DNA from: a virus
Strand: one strand, 5' to 3'
DNA: 64,000 nt
IMG/VR virus record: IMGVR_UViG_3300030004_000009
Location: 32,001 to 96,000 of that record
The notes below the pieces were generated by a model. That model ran no database searches, had not been told where the DNA came from, and saw only the letters and a list, made by a program, of their open reading frames with translations. A program made the position numbers and the translations under genes. Below, in pieces: positions 42,995 to 52,715 of the stretch (positions are counted from its first letter, which is position 1; the number at the start of each line of letters is the position of its first letter).

Positions 42995-43974
42995 TATATT
43001 TTTGATTTAGCTATGTCTAATAGTTTAAGTAATATAGCGCCTACAACTGTAGAGTTAGTTCTAACTGATAATACATCATTAACTGATAAAACTGGTTTGT
43101 GATTAGATATATAATAGGTAGTATCTTCATAAGTTAGAAAATATTTAGCAGTTTTACTAAATTCTTGACTACTAATTAACTCTGCTTTAAAAGGTCCATT
43201 ACTTACATAACGATTTGGGGCACCAGTACACTTATTAGTAAATACTACAAAGTAAGTATCTCCTTCATAAATAGGAGTTCCATCTATAGTAGTTATAAGT
43301 GGTTCTTTAGCTGGTTCCCAAAACTCAGGGTATCGTGAATGATCATCTATTGATTCATAACCTAGTTCTGGCGAGCCGGGATAGCTTTTTATAAGTTTAT
43401 ATTTCATTAATTATGGATTTATTATATTAAATGTGTTTATAAAGTCAATGATAGCATCAAAGACTTTAGATCTTTCAAATGAGAGGACTGCATCTCTTGT
43501 ATGTTGACGTAAATCAACAAGTAATCTACGTTCATGAGTTGTAATCTTATCACCAAAGTTATTAAGTTTAGTGCATATAATTTTAGCTACATACATCAAG
43601 TCAACCCAGTTTTTTTCGTAATTGGAATTACTTCTTTTTTCTCCAATGAAGTCTTCAATTATCTTTTTCTTATCGTTGTTCATCTTTCTCTTTAATAAAT
43701 TTTAATACAAGTTCATACATAGCATCAAGTCTAGTTTTATCACTTATTATAGGAATATTATCAAATGGTGGATTAATACCATTAAAACCAACCACATGTC
43801 TACGACCTTTACTATTATTTGTAGTAATCAAAGTAAAAGTATAACCTAAGTCTTGAATTTTAGTTATAATTCTATCTACTTCATCATAATTATTATAAGG
43901 ACGGCTAAATGGATTTACATCTCCAGTAAACTTCATTATAGCTCTAGTTTCGTTAGTTAGTTTCTCAGCCTTTG

Positions 43975-44421
43975 TCATTTTAAGAATGTTATCTTATAAA
44001 TAGTCTGATCAAGTGTACTTATAAAATTATCAATCTCGTTATGTACATTAGTTAGTTCACGAGGTACTATATCATAACGATTATTACAAATAGCACTCTT
44101 CAGCTCTGATAAATAATCAAGACACCTACCATGATAATCTATACCAAATATTAAAGTTACCGTGTCATATTGAACTATCTCTTTAGTACAGCCTTGATAT
44201 ACCTCTATTATTTTATCTGCATTCTTTTGTTGTCCTTTATAAAACTCATCAAGTGCTATATGTTCTGCAAATTCATCACATTGTAAATGTAATATATGTC
44301 CAGTTAACTTAGCACCAAGAATTAGTGAAAAGAATGCTTTTTTATCAATCTTAGTTACATTACCTTCATCAGTAGGTATTTGTTCTTGTTTCTTTTTAGG
44401 TACTATCCTACGCTCTTCCAT
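43975..44421 (-). CDS. Ferritin/Dps-like four-helix protein (DUF5856-like)
   Basis: HILHLQ...FAEHIALDEFY...DKIIEVYQG...YKITFL. Confidence 0.7.
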   Translation of the reverse strand: MEERRIVPKKKQEQIPTDEGNVTKIDKKAFFSLILGAKLTGHILHLQCDEFAEHIALDEFYKGQQKNADKIIEVYQGCTKEIVQYDTVTLIFGIDYHGRCLDYLSELKSAICNNRYDIVPRELTNVHNEIDNFISTLDQTIYKITFLK

Positions 44422-44858
44422 TTAATATTTTCTTTTTGTGTAAGATAAAATATGATGTCACGCCAAGTCTCAAATGGTGCTTTACCAAACTGTATTTGTT
44501 CACCTTTAAATTTAGGCCATAAAGTATCATCAATTAAATAATCTGCATCACTTCTATGTTTATGGCAGGTAAAGTGTAAGTTATTAAGCATATCCTCACC
44601 AAAGTGTTGCTTAACCCATGCTGCTTTCTCTGTATAACATAATAAGTTCTTTATAGAAGGTCTTGTTACTATATGAACATCAAAGTGTCGCTGTAATAAA
44701 CTGATATAAAATAGAGCTCCTTCAATAGGTTTAAGCCCACTAAAGAAGCCATATTGTGATTGAGGATACTTTATACCTGGATTTACACTTAACGCTTGAT
44801 TATAAGCACTTTTAAAGTCACACAGGACATCATCCATGTCAATATCAACTATCTTCAT
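44403..44858 (-). CDS. 5'(3')-deoxyribonucleotidase (HAD, NT5C-like)
   Basis: DMDDVLCDF, EKAAWV, DYLIDD. Confidence 0.85.
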   Translation of the reverse strand: MKIVDIDMDDVLCDFKSAYNQALSVNPGIKYPQSQYGFFSGLKPIEGALFYISLLQRHFDVHIVTRPSIKNLLCYTEKAAWVKQHFGEDMLNNLHFTCHKHRSDADYLIDDTLWPKFKGEQIQFGKAPFETWRDIIFYLTQKENIKWKSVG

Positions 44859-45749
44859 CTGTTAGCTTCCTATAATGTTCATCAACTGCTATATTATACT
44901 TATCATTAATTTCACTAATGATTTCACTTTCGTTAAAGTTATTAGTATAACATATAAAAAGGTTAATTATTTCTTGCTTATCCATTATGTTTAATTATAG
45001 TATCGTTTAAGTACATAACTACACTTGTTTCAAGTTTTTCATCATAATCGCTTTGTAGTTTTGCAACATAACGACGCCACTTATCTACATTCTCACGATT
45101 AGTATGACTTTTATCCATATCACGTAGATAAATTATAGCTTGATTTAATAACGATTTTAATTCTTCTAACTCTTTCATTTCTTTACCCTTAATCTAAATT
45201 TCTTATTTATGTTAGTTGTGCCTGTCCATTGACCATTATCAGGTCTTTCTGGATGAAATACTGGGATTATATACTGAACCTCACTTAAATAAACTATATG
45301 AGGATGACTACAAAAGTTAGGACTTAATGATGGATATTCAAAATATTTACCATTAAATGTAACTTGTCTTACTTCATTACCAAAGGCTATCCAATATTCA
45401 TCATTATTATATAACTTTATATCTTCAAGTAGTTGCCACTTTTGTGGTGATTTATCATATCTCATATCATTTTGCGAGTCGCCTCAGTAATTGGTTACTA
45501 AATTTATTTTGTGGTTTTAATTTGCGCTTTAACTTACGTGGAGCTTTATTAAAGAGTTCTGTTATATTTTGCTCCATTTCTTCTCTTTTCTCTTCACCAT
45601 ATTCAGTTCCAAGAGTTCTAACAAGATCTTGCATTTGTGGTGGAAGCGCTTCAAATTCAGCATCTAACTGTTTATCAGATTTAGCTAGTTCTTCAAATGA
45701 TTGTGGAGATTTCCACTTATCATCTAATGGTATTTTAAAATTGTCTTCA

Positions 45750-46511
45750 CTATTCATACGACCTTATACATTTCATTGTATTAATAAAGGGAATGCCCTC
45801 AGGAGTTAAATTAAAGAACTTGACTGTTGCCATCTTACCTATAATATTTTTTTCATCCTTTATGTATCTAAACTTTTGTTCTCTTGTACCTATAGGTTTA
45901 GAATCAAATTCTTTACCATCTTTAGTTATACACTTAAATGTCATATCTTCAGGGCGGACATTATCATTATTAAGACCTATGATTTCAAACTCTTCTTCCT
46001 GGAATTCTTTAACTTTAACCATCCTATCATCACGTGTTCCGTATCCATATAACCTAGAAGCATCACGACAAATAGCGCCTTCAAACCCATCTCTAACCCA
46101 TAGATCATGTATTGTTTTAATTGTTTCATAGCTTGATAGCTTAATTTGCGCATTAATTTTTATATTGTCTTCTTTATCAAAATGACCGTCTAATGAGTTA
46201 AGCAAGATTGCACGTTCTTCTGCATTTCGAGAGTTATCGGCAAAGTCAAATATCCAAAATTCTAAGTCTCCATGTCTTTCTTCTTCGTATTCGTGTTTCT
46301 GAGATAAGCCAGATAATACTTGTAACGGCACACCATGTATATAGAGCTCCCCATCCACCATAATATTATCACCATTTTCATTCTGTAGTTTTTTAAAGAA
46401 ACTCTTCCACTTTTTACTTTTAAAGATCTTTTCGAAGGCTGGATCTAAACTTTTTCCCCTTCTACTAATAGAAGTTAATTTACTTTCTTGGTAGTAAATA
46501 CCTGCTCTTAT
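45750..46511 (-). CDS. lig: ATP-dependent DNA ligase, exon 2
   Basis: Begins IRA (completing KLDGIRA); DGELY, FWIFD, GFEGAICR, KVKEF, OB domain. Confidence 0.9.
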   Translation of the reverse strand: MRAGIYYQESKLTSISRRGKSLDPAFEKIFKSKKWKSFFKKLQNENGDNIMVDGELYIHGVPLQVLSGLSQKHEYEEERHGDLEFWIFDFADNSRNAEERAILLNSLDGHFDKEDNIKINAQIKLSSYETIKTIHDLWVRDGFEGAICRDASRLYGYGTRDDRMVKVKEFQEEEFEIIGLNNDNVRPEDMTFKCITKDGKEFDSKPIGTREQKFRYIKDEKNIIGKMATVKFFNLTPEGIPFINTMKCIRSYE

Positions 46512-46548
46512 CAATTTTATTATCTTATAGGCTCTTTATCCTATAACT

Positions 46549-47208
46549 CTATAGATTATCATTCTCTATAGTTTGGACTATATCTTTATTATTTACATAA
46601 GTTAAAATGTTCTTAGCAAAAGTTTTAAGTTCTTCTGGAGAAGCGTCAGATTTCATTGTATTAGCCATTCTAGATATTACACGAACATTACCTTTTACAT
46701 ACCCTAGTTCAGGAATGATTTTATCTAAAGTCATAGAGTTGAATTCAGATCTACCTTCGTTTTGAATCATTTCTATACCTAATATAGGACAGTATTTAGT
46801 AATTATAATATCTTCAAGATCAAGATTGAAAGGAATATTTTTTTCTGAAGCTCTAACTCTAGCTCCAGCCCACATAAAATATCCAGGATGTCTAGTTCTT
46901 AAAATTTCAAGACCTTCTTTGGTACGTTCTTTATATTGTATAAAGCGTTCACCATTTTCTTCTTTCATTTTATCGTAATACCTTTTACTACGAATGGCAA
47001 CTTTCTCTTGCCATTCTGGATCATTAGCTCGCCTCCACTGTTCATGTTCTCGTCTCTCTTCTTTATGTTCTTGACGATACTCTTGATTCTTGGCCATTGT
47101 GCAAGTTTTACATCTTGCTTGCTTTCCGTCCTTTTTAACTCTTTTATCATTAAAATACTGATCTAATGGTTTTTCGATTTTACACTTTGTGCAGATTTTA
47201 CTTGTCAT
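46549..47208 (-). CDS. Intron-encoded HNH (His-Me finger) homing endonuclease
   Basis: N-terminal CTKC...CKTC; CPILG...TLDKIIPELGYVKGNVRVISRMANTMKS. Confidence 0.85.
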   Translation of the reverse strand: MTSKICTKCKIEKPLDQYFNDKRVKKDGKQARCKTCTMAKNQEYRQEHKEERREHEQWRRANDPEWQEKVAIRSKRYYDKMKEENGERFIQYKERTKEGLEILRTRHPGYFMWAGARVRASEKNIPFNLDLEDIIITKYCPILGIEMIQNEGRSEFNSMTLDKIIPELGYVKGNVRVISRMANTMKSDASPEELKTFAKNILTYVNNKDIVQTIENDNL

Positions 47209-47228
47209 ACTTTCTCTTTGTTTTTACA

Positions 47229-47260
47229 CAAAGATACGAAATATTTCTGAAACCATCAAG
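47229..47260 (-). promoter_or_regulatory. Bacteroidota-type promoter inside the intron driving the HNH gene
   Basis: CTTG-N20-TATCTTTG upstream of ATG 47208. Confidence 0.7.
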
Positions 47261-47439
47261 TTTTTTAACAAATTTATTTTCAACTTATATAAATAACACT
47301 CTGCTTTCGTGGAGGATTATTATCCGTTCTGGATTCACCTCTAGTCTCTACACACACTCTAGTATCCCTACTAGGCTTGGCTCGGTATTCTCATTTCAGA
47401 GTTCACCGAATTAACAGAGTTTAATGACGGCAAAGATTC

Positions 47440-47883
47440 ACCGTCCAACTTCCTAGAAACCCACCACTCTTTATTCCAATCAAAGCCCTTTTTAGACTTG
47501 ACAGTTTTTGGATCTTTAGCTAACATTAATTGACGACTACCATCAGCGTATTCCTTACCTTTTGGTAACATTGAATCTATAAAGTCATAGTCATTAAGAT
47601 TAGCTTCCCATCCTTCAACTGCTGTTACTTCAGGGCATAACTCTTGTAATGTTTTATAACCTTTATCTTTTTGTTTATTTATTAATGATCTAAACTCTAA
47701 TTGTGCTTGTTGTTCTAAAGTCCTTTTAACCTTGCCCTTACTTATTATAAGGTCCGGTTGCTTAGTTAACTTACCGTTTAGAACACCAGTTTCTTTAGTA
47801 ATCTTATAATAATTACTAAACTTAATAACCTTCACAATCATAGTTCGTATCTTACCTGAGCTATCACGATTATATAACTGCAA
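47440..47883 (-). CDS. lig: ATP-dependent DNA ligase, exon 1
   Basis: MLAK...WWVSRKLDG adenylation motif; about 401 aa after splicing. Confidence 0.9.
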
Positions 47884-47888
47884 TTGAT

Positions 47889-48143
47889 TTAAAACTTTAT
47901 TTCATAACAGGTTTCATTATAACCTGACATTTGACGTTTAACTGAATATCCTAACGATTCAAGATATTTTTGTACTATCTCTGGTAAACTGTCGTAATAA
48001 TAAAACACATGTTCACCTTTACTTATAACTATGTCAATACTTTTCTGTATTCCAGGTAAGTACTTTAACATAGCTTCGTTATTTAAGTCAAGATGTGTTT
48101 TATCTGCTTTTTCAGCAGCCTCTTTCGCTGTCATCATTACCAA
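47889..48143 (-). CDS. Hypothetical protein, paralog of 48137-48385
   Basis: Shared AKE...DSL...L.YxV...Y.I.(F/W) pattern. Confidence 0.55.
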   Translation of the reverse strand: MVMMTAKEAAEKADKTHLDLNNEAMLKYLPGIQKSIDIVISKGEHVFYYYDSLPEIVQKYLESLGYSVKRQMSGYNETCYEIKF

Positions 48144-48385
48144 CTAATTATATAACCACTCTGATATTCACCTTGTCTTTGATCGAATACCATATTTGAA
48201 TTAACTTTATACTCTAATGCTTTAAGTTTAATTTTTGCTAAATCACTAAGTGAATCTAATGTAACACTTGCTTTATTTTTAGTAATAGCATTTGCCATTG
48301 CTAACTCTATCTTTCTCATTTCTTCATCTATAGCTACATTTTGTTTAGAGGACAGTAGTGCCCTCATCTCTTTTGCATTTATCAT
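48137..48385 (-). CDS. Hypothetical protein, paralog of 47889-48143
   Basis: Shared AKE...DSL...L.YxV...Y.I.(F/W) pattern. Confidence 0.55.
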   Translation of the reverse strand: MINAKEMRALLSSKQNVAIDEEMRKIELAMANAITKNKASVTLDSLSDLAKIKLKALEYKVNSNMVFDQRQGEYQSGYIISW

Positions 48386-49266
48386 GGTAATTTTAATAGT
48401 TTAGTGTACTCTTTATTATAATTATTTAAAACTGTGAAGTAGTTATCTATACTGAATTGTCTAAAAAACCCTGACGTAAGTGTAGTACACACGCGCATAA
48501 GAGCCCATTTAAAAGCTTCATGTGCAGGAAATCTTGCTCTATCACCTTTAATAGTTGGTATTATATGACGTTCTAATGCTATCGTATAACACTCTTCCAT
48601 CACACAATGAATTTTATCTTCATAGCTAAATGCATCCCATAAATCTTTATGACATTCTACTTTAGTATGATCACGTTGCATATACCAATACATAGGATGT
48701 TCTTTATGAGCAACCATGTAATGAATATCGTCATGGATTAAATACTTCTTCACGTTATCATCAAAGAACTGCTCTTTACTAACACCTTTAAGTTTAGGTA
48801 ATCTTTGTTTACCTATACGTTCTTCTGTACACTTTCTATGAAGTTTGATTCGTTCTTGAGTTTCTTCAGGAAAGCCTTCATAAGTCCAAAGTACACTAGA
48901 TTCCACTAGTTTCTTTAAGAAATGATAGTCGCCAATGTGCTTTCCCCATTGCCTATGTGGAAAGGTTATATGACCTGCTTTGATAATGAAAAGTTCTATA
49001 GGATCAGCAATTACACTATCCCATTTCTCACGAAGTTCGCCTTTTAATAAGTAAGCTAAACTCTCTTGTTTATCAGCTAAAAGACATTCTATTTTTCTAC
49101 CTTGATACATAAAAGAGCAAACATAATCATCACCATTTGTAATTTCTACTTCAATGTCTTCTTTATAACAGATAATATCAATATCCTTAGCAGGTCTTAT
49201 ACCTAAAGCATAACTTCCAATTATTAAGTACCTACTCACAGGCAGGTTTAGTAGATTTGTGTTCAT
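48382..49266 (-). CDS. Conserved phage protein with N-terminal nucleotidyltransferase-like motif
   Basis: IIGSYAL...KDIDII; C-terminal HDDIH, ALER, CTTLTSGFFR. Confidence 0.55.
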   Translation of the reverse strand: MNTNLLNLPVSRYLIIGSYALGIRPAKDIDIICYKEDIEVEITNGDDYVCSFMYQGRKIECLLADKQESLAYLLKGELREKWDSVIADPIELFIIKAGHITFPHRQWGKHIGDYHFLKKLVESSVLWTYEGFPEETQERIKLHRKCTEERIGKQRLPKLKGVSKEQFFDDNVKKYLIHDDIHYMVAHKEHPMYWYMQRDHTKVECHKDLWDAFSYEDKIHCVMEECYTIALERHIIPTIKGDRARFPAHEAFKWALMRVCTTLTSGFFRQFSIDNYFTVLNNYNKEYTKLLKLP

Positions 49267-49960
49267 CTTTATTCATAAACTATTATTGTCTTTTCTCTTG
49301 GTGTAACAATTCTCCAGTCACTTAAGTCAGTAACTCCCTCATATGAGTAATATTTACCATCTGATCGTACATACTTGTCAAAGTCTTTAAAGTATAACAC
49401 TAAATGATAACTCTCACCATTTCCTTCACTACCGCCTTCTTCTTCAACTACTTCAAATTCACCAGCAGATTTTAAGATAGACTTTATTAATTCTTCTTCT
49501 AATTTACAGATTTCGTTATTTATAGCATTGACTTCTGGAGAAATTTTGTAATGATTATAACTAGGAACACTCTTTATGATGTCTTTCTGATCTTTAAGTT
49601 CTTCTATCCTAATTTTTATTTGTTCTGCAATTCCATTGAGATTATAGTCATCTTCAAGATAATAATCTATATCATACTGTTCATCAACATAGAATGTAGG
49701 AGTAAATCCTACATTCTTCAATAATTCTAAAAATTCTTTGTCTTCCATAATTAATAAAATACTTCTCTATATGAGTCTTCATAACTGTCTTCGTATGAGT
49801 TATAATCTGATTCATAACTTACTTTAGCTTTATATTGATCTATAACTTCATAACTAGGTTCTCTATCAAAAGTTCTCCTAAAAAGTTCTTCAAATGCACC
49901 TACATTATCTCTATTATTTGTTAAACCAAATAATTCAATTAGAAATAAATCTAACTCCCC

Positions 49961-50002
49961 TTTCATAATTATCCTTTCATAATTATCCTTTCATAATTAT
50001 CC
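49961..50002 (-). repeat. 3 x 14-bp perfect tandem repeat spanning the start of ORF 49751-49966
   Basis: (GGATAATTATGAAA)x3 on the minus strand. Confidence 0.9.
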
Positions 50003-50314
50003 ATTAATTTTATATATGCTTATCAAATGTATTAATTAATTTCTGATTCTCAGTATTTAAGAAAGCAAAAATATCTACTAACTTATCTAACTTATTTAAA
50101 TGACCACTGGGATCTGGTGGAGTTTCTTTCACACTAGGTGTAGGTTTAGGAATTGGCATTAATTTATCTATAACTTTCTCATAATCATATGTAATCGTAG
50201 AATATCTATCTAATTGATAAAGTAAACTATCTATTATACTCTCTAATGTAGTACTTTGTTTTTCTGATAGATCACTACCATATCCTACTGATTCTTTTAT
50301 TTGTGGTATTCCCA

Positions 50315-50920
50315 TTATTTCTTTATTACTCTATTATCACTCTTATTCTCACCTTCTATCTCTTTAACTTCGTGATATCTCCATTTAAATCCGAAAGCAC
50401 TTTTTCTCTTTCCTTTACAACATGAACCAATAGTACTAGTAAAGCTTGCATCTTTTCCTACAGATTTACACGCATCACTAATTGATATAAATGTATCGAC
50501 TAATTCTAAAGTGTTATAGTCTAATTTGTCTACAGGTAATCTCTTAGATTCATAAGTACAAGCTGGAGGTCTAATATTATGTTCTTTCGCATAAGCTCTA
50601 AGTTTATCTTTGGTTTCTTCACTCATTACTTTACCAACTTGTGAGTAAGCTTTAGGACAAATGTTATATTTTGGAGTTAAACTATCTAAATAATGATTCT
50701 CTCTATCACATAAATCTTCTCTTTCACATTCTTCTATCACATTAAAGGTAAAAGAATCTTTACCATATTTATCATATGCTCTCTGTAATATGATAGAATG
50801 ATGTCTATTGCCTTTTAAATCTTTTTTATGCCTTTTAAATCTTTCCTGGATATTGACTGATGAACCAATGTAACAGTCTCCGTTTGTCTCGTTTAGTATT
50901 TTATATACACCTGAACTCAT
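50315..50920 (-). CDS. Free-standing GIY-YIG homing endonuclease with NUMOD-type DNA-binding modules
   Basis: GVYKI...CYIGSS...R...H...E...YN; C-terminal IGSCCKGKRKSAFGFKWRY. Confidence 0.9.
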   Translation of the reverse strand: MSSGVYKILNETNGDCYIGSSVNIQERFKRHKKDLKGNRHHSIILQRAYDKYGKDSFTFNVIEECEREDLCDRENHYLDSLTPKYNICPKAYSQVGKVMSEETKDKLRAYAKEHNIRPPACTYESKRLPVDKLDYNTLELVDTFISISDACKSVGKDASFTSTIGSCCKGKRKSAFGFKWRYHEVKEIEGENKSDNRVIKK

Positions 50921-50927
50921 AATAGTT

Positions 50928-50959
50928 CAAAGGTAGTAAAAATACTCCATTAAAACAAA
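50928..50959 (-). promoter_or_regulatory. Bacteroidota-type promoter for GIY-YIG 50315-50920
   Basis: TTTG-N20-TACCTTTG directly upstream of the ATG. Confidence 0.72.
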
Positions 50960-50960
50960 T

Positions 50961-51305
50961 TTATTTTAAAATAACTCTTGGATCACGCAGATTCTCTTCA
51001 GGTATAGTTTTACGGTGCTGTAGAAATCCTTTAAAGTTTCCTGACCAAATACTACTTGAAAGCGCTTGTGCAACATGTTCAAATGGACTGAGATGCTTAG
51101 AAGTTAAAAGAGTATTATACAATTTTATATCTGCTTCATAGTCGTCTTTACCTTCAAAGTTAAGATAACTCACGCGGGCGCAGTGAGCTACACGTATCAT
51201 TAAAGCTATCTGTTCTAATGATTTGAATTCACTATTTCCAAATTTAGCTATAGCTAATGGTGTTAATCTATTTATATCTAATCCTGCGATACTATGTATT
51301 TCCAT
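50961..51305 (-). CDS. thyX: Flavin-dependent thymidylate synthase, C-terminal fragment
   Basis: AHCARVSY, HLSPFEH, SGNFKGFLQHRK. Confidence 0.8.
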   Translation of the reverse strand: MEIHSIAGLDINRLTPLAIAKFGNSEFKSLEQIALMIRVAHCARVSYLNFEGKDDYEADIKLYNTLLTSKHLSPFEHVAQALSSSIWSGNFKGFLQHRKTIPEENLRDPRVILK

Positions 51306-52087
51306 TTCTTATGTTTATCATTCCCTTTTAATCTATGTATCGTAGTAGTATGAATACCAGCTAATATAGATAGTTGTTCTATACTATCAGCTTCTATTAA
51401 TTCATTAGTTATTTTATTTAATAACTTACAAGCTACTCTATTATGAGGAACTCTACCACTAACATTAAAATTATCTCCACGTCTACTAGTATAAGGTTCA
51501 ATTTTTAAAAGAGGTACCTCGGTGAATTTTTGAAACATGAAGTTATTTCTACTCCATTTCTTTTTATGACAACGATGAATATCGTTGTCAGGTATTCCAG
51601 TTTGACGGGATGCTTCCATCACTGACTCAAACTCTTCAATGAAGTTACCTTCTAGGTCATATTTAGCAACTTTTACTTTCTTTGATCCAGCGATGCGATT
51701 AAGTGTATTTTCAGGAGTAGCCTTACCTCTTCCACCACCTTCAGTTAAATTATATCCGACTCCATTAGTACTAGATTTAAATAAATCTATATAATAGACC
51801 TCTTTCTCATTTAACTCCTTCTCATCAGTTACTTCATCTAGTATTTCAATAGTAAAGTTTTCCGCTCCATACTTAAGTATAGCTTTATGAATATAACATA
51901 TACTTTTAGTTCTATTGGTTGTACAATCAGTATGTTCCTTAACTCTAACACGAAATCTTGTAGTTATACCTATATAGATCTTATGATTTACTAAATTGGT
52001 AATCTTATAAATTATATTTTTTCCTGTGTAACAATCTAATTGCTTTCTTGCTTTTAATGGTTTTAATTCTTCTAATGTGGCTTTCAT
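51278..52087 (-). CDS. GIY-YIG homing endonuclease inserted in thyX
   Basis: IIYKITN...IYIGIT...R..EH...E...GYN; NUMOD1-like KYDLEGNFIEEFESVMEASR. Confidence 0.9.
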   Translation of the reverse strand: MKATLEELKPLKARKQLDCYTGKNIIYKITNLVNHKIYIGITTRFRVRVKEHTDCTTNRTKSICYIHKAILKYGAENFTIEILDEVTDEKELNEKEVYYIDLFKSSTNGVGYNLTEGGGRGKATPENTLNRIAGSKKVKVAKYDLEGNFIEEFESVMEASRQTGIPDNDIHRCHKKKWSRNNFMFQKFTEVPLLKIEPYTSRRGDNFNVSGRVPHNRVACKLLNKITNELIEADSIEQLSILAGIHTTTIHRLKGNDKHKKWKYIVSQD

Positions 52088-52106
52088 TTTTCTCTTTGTT
52101 TTTACA

Positions 52107-52138
52107 TAAAGATACGAAACTATTTCCAGATATGCAAG
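52107..52138 (-). promoter_or_regulatory. Near-consensus Bacteroidota promoter for GIY-YIG 51278-52087 (and possibly the thyX C-terminal fragment)
   Basis: CTTG-N20-TATCTTTA; leader 30/31 identical to the HNH leader. Confidence 0.6.
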
Positions 52139-52151
52139 TATTTAATCATAT

Positions 52152-52715
52152 TTATTTTAATTTAGAGAAATCAGGTATATGATACTCTCCACCTTTTAAC
52201 AACTTTGGTTCACTCTCATTATAAGCTATTAACATCTTTTCTGCTAAATCTGCTATATGAATCTCAGCTTGAGGATGAGCACGTAATGCAAAGAAATTCT
52301 CATATTCACTGGCAGTACAAATGACTGTATGATACAGGAAAGGTTCTAATAGACGATTACATAATTGTTTAGTTACTCCTAGATTCGACAACTCTTCTGC
52401 CATCAAAGCTGCTGCTTTTGCAGATTGTATCCACCACTCTTGTCTCTTTAATAACTCCTCACCTTCAAAGTATTCAGTACCCTGCATTCCCTTATGCTCA
52501 CGAAGAAATTTTATAGGCACAAACGGTTCCTCTTGTACTTTCTTCAACATAGTTTTAAAAGGAATTGCTCTAGAACTTGCACTATTGCGTGAAAGCATTC
52601 TGTGTGTATTTAGCTCAGCTAAAACAATTCTAGGAAATACAAGTACAAATGTTGTCAATCTATCTCCAAACTCATTTAAGCTATCCGCTATTATTTTAGC
52701 ACTAATTCTATTCAT
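52152..52715 (-). CDS. thyX: Flavin-dependent thymidylate synthase, N-terminal fragment
   Basis: PRIVLAELNTHRMLSRNSASSRAIP, KQLCNRLLEPF, NFFALR, AEI. Confidence 0.85.
   Translation of the reverse strand: MNRISAKIIADSLNEFGDRLTTFVLVFPRIVLAELNTHRMLSRNSASSRAIPFKTMLKKVQEEPFVPIKFLREHKGMQGTEYFEGEELLKRQEWWIQSAKAAALMAEELSNLGVTKQLCNRLLEPFLYHTVICTASEYENFFALRAHPQAEIHIADLAEKMLIAYNESEPKLLKGGEYHIPDFSKLK

Larger units (their letters stand above)
46512..47439 (-). mobile_element. Group I intron (928 nt) in ligase motif I, encoding an HNH endonuclease
   Basis: P1 GACGGU/GCCGUC with U-G; P (AAUUCGGUGAA), Q (AAUACCGAGC), R (GUAGAGACUA), S (AAGAUAUAGUCC); terminal G 46512; splicing gives KLDG/IRA in frame. Confidence 0.92.

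Noticed and set aside
47371-47439. C-terminal ESLPSLNSV... tail of the 170-aa ORF and the TTG start at 46514
   Set aside because: Both are intron sequence read in frame, not part of the mature ligase.
49961-50002. CRISPR array
   Set aside because: Direct 14-bp tandem repeat with no spacers; no cas genes (the PD-(D/E)xK domain is part of a virion protein).
51278-52152. Group I intron or translational bypass in thyX
   Set aside because: No P1/IGS, R or S elements, the non-coding space is only 64 bp, and I saw no convincing matched take-off and landing site.
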